Below, piece by piece: positions 1 to 7,760 of a stretch of DNA of 48,405 nt (its first letter is position 1; each line of letters starts with the position of its first letter). The DNA is from a virus, in IMG/VR virus record IMGVR_UViG_2932088517_000001, positions 1 through 48,405 of that record; one strand, given 5' to 3'. A program made the translations under genes and the position numbers. The notes beneath the pieces are model-generated. The model saw only the letters and a program-made list of their open reading frames with translations, made no database searches and was not told the origin of the DNA.

Positions 1-95
1 TAGAAAAGGAATTAGGCGATGTGCTTTGGTAGCTGGCGGCGTTAGCAGAAACACACCATCTTGATTTAAATGAGATCGCGGAGAAGAACATTTAT
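1..95. repeat. Assembly/terminal overlap: identical to 48311-48405, so the window is a closed circle or a permuted unit of 48,310 bp
   Basis: Direct comparison of the first and last 95 nt. Confidence 0.95.
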
Positions 96-164
96 AAGTT
101 AAAGAAGCGATTCCCGAATGGGTTTAGTGAGGAAGACAGTAAGAAGCGTGTGGATATGAAGTAA
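3..164 (+). pseudogene. mazG: MazG-like NTP pyrophosphohydrolase, 3' part (continues 48142-48405 across the junction), broken by an in-frame TAG at 30-32
   Basis: Reads ...EKELGDVLW*LAALAETHHLDLNEIAEKNIYKLKKRFPNGF...; stop TAA at 162-164. Confidence 0.7.
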
Positions 165-204
165 GACCAAATTTGAATTTTGTACAAAAAGGAGAAGTGT
201 AAAT

Positions 205-501
205 ATGAGCGGGGGAAGTTATAACTACTTATGTTTTAAAGACGCTAATGAATTGTTTGAGTATGGAAAAATAGAAGATCTTGAAGCTATGGCAAGTCGT
301 TTGATCGAGTTAGGTTATGAAGATGCAGCGAAAGAAGTACTCAATATGAAATACACTATTCAACAGTCGTTAATAAGGGTAGATGTAATGCAAGAAAGAT
401 TAAAAGGTGTGATGAAGGCGGTTGAATGGTATGACAGTTCAGATAGCGGTATCGAAGCGATTGAACAAGCAATAAAGAAATATAGAGGAGAAATTGAATA
501 A
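205..501 (+). CDS. hypothetical protein (98 aa)
   Basis: ATG preceded by AAAGGAG; compact + strand gene array. Confidence 0.7.
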   Translation: MSGGSYNYLCFKDANELFEYGKIEDLEAMASRLIELGYEDAAKEVLNMKYTIQQSLIRVDVMQERLKGVMKAVEWYDSSDSGIEAIEQAIKKYRGEIE

Positions 502-535
502 GAGTGTCATTTTAATCGAAAAGGAGTTTAGAAGA

Positions 536-1135
536 ATGGAGACATATACAGGATTTAAAGCGATTGAACGTATGAAAACAAACTGGATTACACCTAACTC
601 TAATAATGGCAGTGCCTATAAATATAATGAAGGGGAAATTTGGATGATGTGTGGAGGTCTTGCGGGGCCTTGCAATATAACAATCAATTCTTTCTTCGAT
701 GATGAATTTGTAGATTATGAGGAACCATTACAAATGGAAGACTGGGTTACTTCCTTAAAACACACATTCAAAATAAAAGGTAAATATACGAAAGACGGAT
801 TAGATTTTGCGATCACTGATTTTTATTCATCTGGTTGTTATCAACATTATCCATTTGAATGCTTAAGAAAAGCTACACCTGAAGAGATTGAAAAAGAAAA
901 ACGCCGCAGGATGTTTGAAAATGTAGGACGTGAACTGAATGAATTCAAAGTAGGTGATTGTGTAAAAGATGATAATGATTCTTACATGAAAGTAGAAGAT
1001 GTTATCAGTGATCTGAAAATCGTGCTTTGTTCTTATTATGATTCTAATGCATGTGCCATTGTGAGGGGAAGATTCAAATCCGTCGAGTTAACACCAGTAT
1101 TCTTTGTTGAAAATATTGTACAAGTAGAAGAATAA
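536..1135 (+). CDS. hypothetical protein (about 199 aa)
   Basis: The track ORF starts at TTG 494, but in-frame ATG 536 has AAAGGAG 9 nt upstream. Confidence 0.65.
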   Translation: METYTGFKAIERMKTNWITPNSNNGSAYKYNEGEIWMMCGGLAGPCNITINSFFDDEFVDYEEPLQMEDWVTSLKHTFKIKGKYTKDGLDFAITDFYSSGCYQHYPFECLRKATPEEIEKEKRRRMFENVGRELNEFKVGDCVKDDNDSYMKVEDVISDLKIVLCSYYDSNACAIVRGRFKSVELTPVFFVENIVQVEE

Positions 1136-1423
1136 AACCAAACAAAAGCGTTATTTTAATCGGAAAGATATCTATTGAATGCTAACATAATGACTCTTTT
1201 GGAATATTGGGATGTTATTCCTAATGAGGTACGAGAAGATTCAATGATCGCTGGAGACATTTTTAGAATGGCTGAGTTTTGGAATAAACACATGGAATCA
1301 ATGAGAACACCCTCTTAATCAGGGGGTAGTTCTCATCAAGCATATAAGATTACGGCATGTTAAAGTGACTAGTTGACTAGAGGACTATACAAAAATTTCA
1401 TTTTGTAGAAAAGGGGAATGGAT

Positions 1424-1651
1424 ATGATAGATGAATTTGAAGCGTTATTTACAAAAGTGGCCCAAGTGCAGGGCGATCAAGAATTAACATGTAGTTGCAC
1501 AGAATGTTATTGGAATATGTACTTTCCTAATCGTTCTAATTCAAAGGAATGTGTATCGGAAAGCTTAGCGGATTTCAAGATGACACCGAACTCGACTAAA
1601 TGTAAAGGGTATTGGAATTATACAGAAGCGTGTGGTCATCCGAAACGATAA
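1424..1651 (+). CDS. hypothetical Cys-rich protein
   Basis: AAGGGGA RBS; the second ATG is better spaced than ATG 1418; several Cys residues. Confidence 0.6.
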   Translation: MIDEFEALFTKVAQVQGDQELTCSCTECYWNMYFPNRSNSKECVSESLADFKMTPNSTKCKGYWNYTEACGHPKR

Positions 1652-1751
1652 AAGAGCAGCTAGCAAAAGCTAACTGCTCACCCAAGGAAAACGGAGAAAG
1701 ATAACCATGTGTCTACAGTATTGACGGAATATTGAGTTTTATTCAGGGGGA

Positions 1752-2186
1752 ATGAGAGAAATGGAACAATTACCAGATAAAATTATAGGTCTTGACCAGG
1801 TTCGTATAAACCGAGGTATCGGGAAAATATGCAAGTGTGAAAAACGTAAATTTGTGATAGATACAACAAACAGACGGGTGACATGTAATAGTTGTGGTTC
1901 GGTAGTTGACCCATACGATGCAATTGTAGATTTATCTAAACAGCATGAAGAGTTTAATAGACAAGTTGAACGTCTTTTAGAACAGAAGAAGCAGATTGCA
2001 GCATATAAACCACATTTAAGAATTATTAAAAGCTTAGAGTCAAGTTATAGAGGACGTAAAATGTTACCTCGGTGTCCAAGGTGTTGCGAGCCGTTTTATT
2101 TAGAAGAACTTACTTCATGGACTAATAGGGAATATGCGGCAAGACGTATAGAAAAGTGGAAAGAGCAGGAGGGCAAAGGAGAATGA
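1752..2186 (+). CDS. hypothetical zinc-ribbon protein
   Basis: CKC...CNSC and CPRCC motifs; the start could be ATG 1761. Confidence 0.6.
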   Translation: MREMEQLPDKIIGLDQVRINRGIGKICKCEKRKFVIDTTNRRVTCNSCGSVVDPYDAIVDLSKQHEEFNRQVERLLEQKKQIAAYKPHLRIIKSLESSYRGRKMLPRCPRCCEPFYLEELTSWTNREYAARRIEKWKEQEGKGE

Positions 2187-2386
2187 AAGCAAGATATTTT
2201 GAGTATATGGTTTCTTATACTTTTGGAAGTTACAAAGGAAACGGAAATGGAAGCATAATTTTAAAATTCAATAGAAGGATAAACGGGCGCATGTTAAAGA
2301 AAGCAAAAGATCACATAGAAACGAACAATAAATTTCAAAACGTTGTTATACAAAATTATAAATTATTAAGGGAATGTAGAAGTTAA
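2183..2386 (+). CDS. hypothetical protein (67 aa)
   Basis: ATGA overlap with the upstream stop; GGAG RBS. Confidence 0.55.
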   Translation: MKARYFEYMVSYTFGSYKGNGNGSIILKFNRRINGRMLKKAKDHIETNNKFQNVVIQNYKLLRECRS

Positions 2387-2433
2387 TAAAACTCAACAAA
2401 ATAATCCTTTGAATAGAAAGTGAGGTTAAAAGA

Positions 2434-2607
2434 ATGGAAGGTAATGTAAAGCTATTAGGTGCAGATGGAATGTGTGGGATGGAGTTCACAGGAAGTAAGG
2501 TGAATGTTTATAACGATGAAGGACATGTGATGGAGAGTATGACGACAAGGGAGCATGTTCAGGAAGTTATTGATTTTCTTGAAGAGTGCAAAGGGCAAAT
2601 GGAATAG
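2434..2607 (+). CDS. hypothetical protein (57 aa, below the track cutoff)
   Basis: Hand translation MEGNVKLLGADG...KGQME*; GTGAGG RBS upstream. Confidence 0.45.
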   Translation: MEGNVKLLGADGMCGMEFTGSKVNVYNDEGHVMESMTTREHVQEVIDFLEECKGQME

Positions 2608-2623
2608 AAAGCGAGGGTACTAG

Positions 2624-3010
2624 TTGATTAAGCGTAAAAAGAAGACAGGCCGTATTAATAGTAGAAAAACAGTTGCACTAGGAATTGAGTTTGATAGTAA
2701 AACAGAAGCGGAATATTACCTATTCCTAAAGAGTGATCCTGAGGTTGTTGAGATTGAGCTACAACCTCAGTACATGCTCCTTGAAGGGTTTTATATTACA
2801 ACACGAGAGGGAAAGCGTAAGAAACGCAGAGATTGGAAATTCACAGCTGATTTCCTTGTTACTTATAAAGATGGAACGCAGGAAGTAATTGATGTAAAAG
2901 GATACGCTAATGATCGCTTTCCATATATGAAGAAGATGTTTGAATATCGCTATAAGCAGGAGTTAGTTGTTGTTATGAAGGACAAGCAGAAAGGTTGGAT
3001 AAGAAAATAA
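2624..3010 (+). CDS. DUF1064-type PD-(D/E)xK nuclease-like protein
   Basis: GIEFDSKTEAEYY...ELQP...FTADFLV...IDVKG pattern typical of DUF1064 phage proteins (recollection). Confidence 0.6.
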   Translation: MIKRKKKTGRINSRKTVALGIEFDSKTEAEYYLFLKSDPEVVEIELQPQYMLLEGFYITTREGKRKKRRDWKFTADFLVTYKDGTQEVIDVKGYANDRFPYMKKMFEYRYKQELVVVMKDKQKGWIRK

Positions 3011-3024
3011 AGGGAGCTGAGTAG

Positions 3025-3213
3025 ATGATTCCAAGATACAAGGGTACAAGAGAGTATATGCTGTATATGAAAGAACCAGGTTTTGGGAGTAATCAGTACG
3101 TTTGGATATTCGATGTATTTAAGTATCACGAGTTAATGCAACATTTAGAAGAAGGATGGGCTATCCATGACGAGGATAAGAGAGTAGCAGCTTCGCAGAG
3201 AACAACAGCTTAA
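3025..3213 (+). CDS. hypothetical protein (62 aa)
   Basis: ORF with GGGAG RBS. Confidence 0.55.
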   Translation: MIPRYKGTREYMLYMKEPGFGSNQYVWIFDVFKYHELMQHLEEGWAIHDEDKRVAASQRTTA

Positions 3214-3221
3214 TGGATAAC

Positions 3222-3270
3222 GGAACAATGCTTCACAGTGTGGTGGGGGCTGTATTGTAAGCATCGTTCC
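3222..3270 (+). promoter_or_regulatory. Long imperfect hairpin (12-bp outer stem with one mismatch, plus an inner stem) upstream of arpU
   Basis: ggaacaatgctt ... aagcatcgttcc; weak U tract follows. Confidence 0.35.
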
Positions 3271-3351
3271 CTTATTCAACAATGAGATAGTAAAATTTCA
3301 CGTACCTTATGTGATGTTAAAAAGACAAATTCGAAATAGGGGGATTTCTTC

Positions 3352-3720
3352 ATGGAACAATTAACTTTATTACCGCAAATCGATGACAAGAAAGTGCAAA
3401 AGGAAGTAGTCAGCATCTTAAAGGAATACCGCGCATTAAAGATGCGATTCAATAATGAAGTGGAACAAGAAGGGATCAGTCTGTTTCCAGAGTTACGAAA
3501 TTCGAAAATGATGAGTCAATTTAAAGTAAGACAGATTGAGAAAGTACTAGATGATATTTTAGATGATGATGAAAGAAGTATCATTTCAATGAAGTTCTTA
3601 ACTAATAAACCTGTAAAGGATTCGTTTGTACAGAATGAACTGATGATAAGTAACTCGTACTTTTATGCGAAGAAGAAAAGCGCTATTAAATTGGTTGCTA
3701 CAGCACTTGGGATTATTTAA
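3352..3720 (+). CDS. arpU: ArpU-family late transcription regulator (sigma region-4-like)
   Basis: 122 aa, LLPQID..., C-terminal ...YFYAKKKSAIKLVATALGII; position at the early/late junction. Confidence 0.75.
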   Translation: MEQLTLLPQIDDKKVQKEVVSILKEYRALKMRFNNEVEQEGISLFPELRNSKMMSQFKVRQIEKVLDDILDDDERSIISMKFLTNKPVKDSFVQNELMISNSYFYAKKKSAIKLVATALGII

Positions 3721-4553
3721 AAATGGCAGAGAAAATGCATAGTTTTTGCGTATTTTTTGAGTGGTTTTTGAGATTGAAATAAACGGTAAGCTATTCCTAT
3801 AAACAGTTCTTTGAAAAGAGAATACGTTTTGGGGATAGCGTTCCCATTATAATAACGTTACTCGGTGACGCGGAGGCTAGAGGGGATAAGAGCTTCCCGA
3901 AATTATTTATATTTTACTTCTCATTGAGTGTATAAGCGTTCCGCCTTTCGTTTGTAGGCTCATAGGTAGTAAAAACACATCTGCTATGTGATTTCTTGTT
4001 TTCAATGTTAAAACTGGATCTTTTTACAAATTGGGATATTGGTCTGTTAGATTAAATGAATTACATGTTATAAAAGAAGTTTCAATTGATTTATCAGGAG
4101 TTGCTCACGACAATTACTAATGTAAGTCAAGGTTCTTCTTTTAAACAACAAAACGAGCAGAGAGCTTCCGCTCTTTGTTTGAGCCAATATAGCTGAACAT
4201 TCCCCTCAGTCTTGTGTATTGGTTCAAACAAGGCGTCGGAATAAACACATACGTCTTGATAAAAATTAAAAAACCTTTATAAGAGAGTTACACCATAGCT
4301 CTCGAGTCCACGGACTTAAAACGAGAAGATTCTTAGTCTTCTCCCAGTCACCGAACGTAAAGCGCGTAGCTAATTAGAGCTAAAAAATTACATGATGCGG
4401 TGGCTTGGAGAAGGTTGAGAGTAATCAGCCTCGAAATGATTGCGAAATTCCCCTTTCGTGAATGTTTCTCCTATCCCCTTGAATATTTTTATAGTTGTAA
4501 AAGAGCCGTTACTTAATTGTAGCGGTTTCTTTATTTGAAGAAAGGATGAGGAT
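3721..4553 (+). other. ORF-free 0.83-kb region with a promoter-like element and several hairpins/terminators; possible non-coding RNA(s) or late-operon leader
   Basis: No RBS-supported ORF in any frame; TTGAAA-18-TATAAA at about 3772-3801; hairpins at about 4160-4187, 4290-4345 and 4506-4536. Confidence 0.5.
4506..4536 (+). terminator. Intrinsic terminator-like hairpin
   Basis: ccgttac-ttaatt-gtagcgg followed by tttctttattt. Confidence 0.5.
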
Positions 4554-4727
4554 ATGAATAATAGTAAATTAACTATTACAGTGATTGCTAATAATGAATT
4601 GTTAGAAAAACAATTAAAGAATAGTACATTGAATGAAGAGGAAGCAGTCAAGGAATTGAGGACTGTAACTATTCCAATGGATAAAAATAAAATCATAAGT
4701 ATTCCATACTTAAAAAGTGAGTTATAG
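4554..4727 (+). CDS. hypothetical protein (57 aa, below the track cutoff)
   Basis: ATG after GAAAGGATGAGG; MNNSKLTITVIANNELLEKQ...; terminator immediately after. Confidence 0.45.
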   Translation: MNNSKLTITVIANNELLEKQLKNSTLNEEEAVKELRTVTIPMDKNKIISIPYLKSEL

Positions 4728-4750
4728 CATCCATAACGGGTGCTTTTTTC
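4727..4750 (+). terminator. Intrinsic terminator
   Basis: gcatcc-ataac-gggtgc followed by tttttt. Confidence 0.6.
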
Positions 4751-4803
4751 TTTGTTATATAGAAATTACACATTAAACGTGAAGTTGAACAGGAGGATAA
4801 TAA

Positions 4804-5055
4804 ATGAGTGAATATATTAATATCAAATTTCAAGAAGGACCAATTCAAGAGAATGGAGTGAACGGTGCTCAAATTGAAGAAGTGATTCAAGTATTACATG
4901 ATAGATTGCAAGGATTCCAAAATGGAGGATTTCCGTGTAATGAAAACACAATGGCAATGCACCATTTAAAGCGAGCGAAAGAATGGTTAGATGAACGCAC
5001 GGCAAAACGTAAAGCGCAAGGTGTAGAAGGGAAATACGAAAAGCACAATGATTAA
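4804..5055 (+). CDS. small two-helix protein, possibly an Acb2-like cyclic-oligonucleotide sponge
   Basis: KFQEGPIQENGVNG...RL.GFQNGGFPC.EN...L..A..WL.ERT..R...GVEG pattern recalled from Acb2-type proteins; AGGAGG RBS. Confidence 0.4.
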   Translation: MSEYINIKFQEGPIQENGVNGAQIEEVIQVLHDRLQGFQNGGFPCNENTMAMHHLKRAKEWLDERTAKRKAQGVEGKYEKHND

Positions 5056-5084
5056 AATAATAGCAATTGGTTAGGGGGATGAGT

Positions 5085-5429
5085 ATGACTGAGTATAGGA
5101 AGAAGCCAATTGTAATAGAAGCATTTAAGTTTTACGTAGACTCTATACCGGATTGGTTTATGGATAAAGTATCTTCTAACGATATTATTCTTCATAATTG
5201 CAATTACAAAAGGTACGGAATTGATGAAGCTTATTGTGAAATTAAAACACTAGAAGGTGTAATGATCGGTAAAGGCGGGGATTACATCATTAAAGGTGTT
5301 AATGGTGAGATTTATCCATGTAAAGCAGATATATTTGAAAAGACTTATGAAGCTGTGGATGATATTGCGAGTATGGTAAGTAAGGAAATGGCTCAATTAG
5401 AAAGAGTTAGAGTATATCGACATGATTAA
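5085..5429 (+). CDS. PGDYG-domain-like conserved phage protein
   Basis: RKKPIVIEAFKF...GGDYIIKGVNGEIYPCKADIFEKTYE; ATG 5085 better spaced from GGGGGA than the track start. Confidence 0.55.
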   Translation: MTEYRKKPIVIEAFKFYVDSIPDWFMDKVSSNDIILHNCNYKRYGIDEAYCEIKTLEGVMIGKGGDYIIKGVNGEIYPCKADIFEKTYEAVDDIASMVSKEMAQLERVRVYRHD

Positions 5430-5510
5430 ATCAATAGCAATTATCGTAGGCGCTGCCGTGATCTAGGTGGCGTCTTGTTTGTTGTTAAGGAAAGATAAGG
5501 GGTGAGGGGA

Positions 5511-5828
5511 ATGTATGAGCTGTATGTGAATGATGTATATGTCACAGAAGGTCATAGTGATTATTTATCATTAGCTCTATTCACAATTATAAAAGAAAAA
5601 TCAAAACCTGAAGATATGAAAATAGAGTTGAAATGGAATGAGGGTATGAAAGAAAAGTCGTGTACTTATTGTGTAGGTCATGGAAAAAGGCATAATGGTT
5701 ATTTTGAATATCCGTGTAACCATTGCTGTGGCACAGGGACAGTGAAGAACAAGCACCTTTCAAGACTAACAAAACAAACGAACACAACGAACGAAAAAGA
5801 AAAGCAAGAATCAAATGATTCCTGCTAG
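5511..5828 (+). CDS. hypothetical protein with a DnaJ-type zinc finger
   Basis: CTYCVGHG...CNHCCGTG (CxxCxGxG x2). Confidence 0.6.
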   Translation: MYELYVNDVYVTEGHSDYLSLALFTIIKEKSKPEDMKIELKWNEGMKEKSCTYCVGHGKRHNGYFEYPCNHCCGTGTVKNKHLSRLTKQTNTTNEKEKQESNDSC

Positions 5829-5903
5829 GTGTAGAGCTGTGATTAATTGACTGATAGCGATAATAAGCTCTGATGAAATGTTAATCTCTAATTTAATATT
5901 CAT
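5811..5903 (-). CDS. 30-aa hydrophobic peptide (type I toxin-like candidate)
   Basis: AAAGGAGA RBS 5 nt before the ATG; MNIKLEINISSELIIAISQLITALHLAGII*; 3' end overlaps the convergent gene 5511-5828. Confidence 0.3.
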   Translation of the reverse strand: MNIKLEINISSELIIAISQLITALHLAGII

Positions 5904-6269
5904 ATGAGTCTCCTTTCTTTTAAGTCGCTTCACATTCTTCTATCTACAAAAACAAGCCATTCCGTAAAAAAATAAAACGAAAAATACAGTTAGTTAACAA
6001 GGTGAAGTTTATGCAGGAAATAACGGCGATTAGGTGCTGAAAACCCGCTAAACTACGCTATGTATAAAATCATGCATAAAGAACTGGAATTATATGTTAC
6101 GGGAAGTAAGTGGTATCAACGATTTCCCGTAATATTGGTTTTTAAGAACTGCCGATAATTATAATTATGTAAACTAAATAGAAAACATTATGTATGATAT
6201 ATTAATTTCCCTGCATAAATTAGTTTTCGTTATGGATTTTTTAAAATATGATTCTTTTGAGGTGATTGA

Positions 6270-6482
6270 GTGAAAGTTGAACTTAAAATTAAATTTGAAT
6301 ACATTGACATAACAAGAATCGGAGACGCTGAACAACGTTCAAAACCAACAACGGCCTTTATTCAATTTGATTTAAATAAAGGGGATTCTTTCTTATCTGG
6401 AGCATTACCGATACCATTCGACGAATACAAAGAAATGAAGTATCAAGATTTAATTGATAAGATTCATGAAAAAACATCTTAA
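6270..6482 (+). CDS. hypothetical protein (70 aa)
   Basis: GTG start after GAGGTGA; terminator follows. Confidence 0.55.
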   Translation: MKVELKIKFEYIDITRIGDAEQRSKPTTAFIQFDLNKGDSFLSGALPIPFDEYKEMKYQDLIDKIHEKTS

Positions 6483-6509
6483 GTAGCGAATCCGCTGCTT
6501 TTTTATTTT
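6483..6509 (+). terminator. Intrinsic terminator
   Basis: gtagcg-aatc-cgctgc followed by ttttttatttt. Confidence 0.6.
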
Positions 6510-6525
6510 GTAAAGGAGTGATGAA

Positions 6526-6774
6526 ATGCTTTATTTCCTATTATATATAGCGATTGGTATGGTATTTGTATCAGCTGGAGCATACGGACCATTACGAAAA
6601 TTAGTTAAAGAGAGTGACGGAAAAACGGAAGAAGAAAGAGCAACGGTCGCAATACAGTTTCTTTTTACTTTGTTATTTGTAGTTATCATCTGCCCTTTCT
6701 GGCCAGTGCTATTAACATTTAAAATCATTGGGTTTTTCAAGAAGGACAAGAAAGAAGTGAAGGTTGACGCTTAA
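6526..6774 (+). CDS. small membrane protein (two predicted TM helices)
   Basis: Hydrophobic stretches LYFLLYIAIGMVFVSAGAY and LFTLLFVVIICPFWPVLLTF; AAGGAG RBS. Confidence 0.6.
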   Translation: MLYFLLYIAIGMVFVSAGAYGPLRKLVKESDGKTEEERATVAIQFLFTLLFVVIICPFWPVLLTFKIIGFFKKDKKEVKVDA

Positions 6775-6815
6775 AGGTGTTAGCCTTTTAATTCTATATA
6801 AGAGCATATCGTGAG

Positions 6816-7760
6816 GTGGTGGTTGTGGCACGACAACGTAGCCCGGACAGAGACAAAGCATTTGAAATATATAAAGCAAGTAAAGGTGAGAAAACACTTG
6901 TTGAGATTGCAAAGGAACTCGATATAAAGAATCCTTCACAAATCAGAAAGTGGAAATCACAAGATAAATGGGACGAGCAAATGAATGGTAACGTAACTAT
7001 TGCGAAAAGGAGCGTTACCAATGTTAAAAATCCCAAAACGAAAGAAAAATTAAAAGAGATTTTAGAGGATGAAGAGCTGACCGAAAAGGAACGGCTCTTT
7101 TGTTTGTATTACGTGAAATACTTCAACGGTACGCAAGCTGCACTAAAGTCTGGATACTCCAAAGATGGAGCTCATGTGCAGGCTAGTCGATTGCTAAGGC
7201 GTGAACGAGTTTCTTCTTATATAAAGGAGCTTAAAGGTGAGTTAGTTGAAAATGTATTTGTAGAAGCGATGGACGTATTGAATGAATACATCAAGATTGC
7301 TTTTGCTGATATTACTAACTATGTGGCTTTTGGACAGAAAGAAATTGAAGTTGATGTTGGTGAAAATACAACAGTAGACGAAGATGGGAATGAGATAACT
7401 GAGACTCTAACTGAATCTAGAATGATTAATTACGTTGATTTACAAGATCATGAAATGGTTGATGGTTCGATAATCACCGAAGTGAAACAAGGGCGTGATG
7501 GTATTTCCATTAAGTTAGCTGACAAGATGAAAGCCTTGGATAAATTGGCGCAGTACTTCGATTTAGTCCCTGACAACTTTAAACGCCAAATTGAAGAGGA
7601 ACGTCACAAAATGCAGATGGAAGTGCAGAAAGTGCAGGTTGAGAAGACGAAAGCTGAGGTCAAGGAACTTACAGACGACTCCAGCAATGGTAATCGCGTC
7701 ATTATTGTAAACGATAAGGAAGCGATGAGAAAGGCGATAGAAAATGACCAAGACAGTTAA
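6816..7760 (+). CDS. terS: terminase small subunit
   Basis: ERLFCLYYVKYFNGTQAALKSGYS...ASRLL core, N-terminal HTH-like segment, directly upstream of terL; the exact GTG start (6816-6825) is uncertain. Confidence 0.8.
   Translation: MVVVARQRSPDRDKAFEIYKASKGEKTLVEIAKELDIKNPSQIRKWKSQDKWDEQMNGNVTIAKRSVTNVKNPKTKEKLKEILEDEELTEKERLFCLYYVKYFNGTQAALKSGYSKDGAHVQASRLLRRERVSSYIKELKGELVENVFVEAMDVLNEYIKIAFADITNYVAFGQKEIEVDVGENTTVDEDGNEITETLTESRMINYVDLQDHEMVDGSIITEVKQGRDGISIKLADKMKALDKLAQYFDLVPDNFKRQIEEERHKMQMEVQKVQVEKTKAEVKELTDDSSNGNRVIIVNDKEAMRKAIENDQDS

Noticed and set aside
1190-1318. 42-aa + strand ORF in the 1136-1417 gap
   Set aside because: There is no Shine-Dalgarno upstream of the ATG. The gap is more likely regulatory: it contains a gagaac...gttctc hairpin and a TTATTTTAATCGGAAAG motif that also occurs at 509-526.
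4388-4890. - strand track ORFs 4388-4696 and 4693-4890
   Set aside because: They have no RBS and low-complexity hydrophobic translations. They overlap better-supported + strand ORFs (4554-4727, 4804-5055) and terminators, so they are likely frame shadows in AT-rich DNA.
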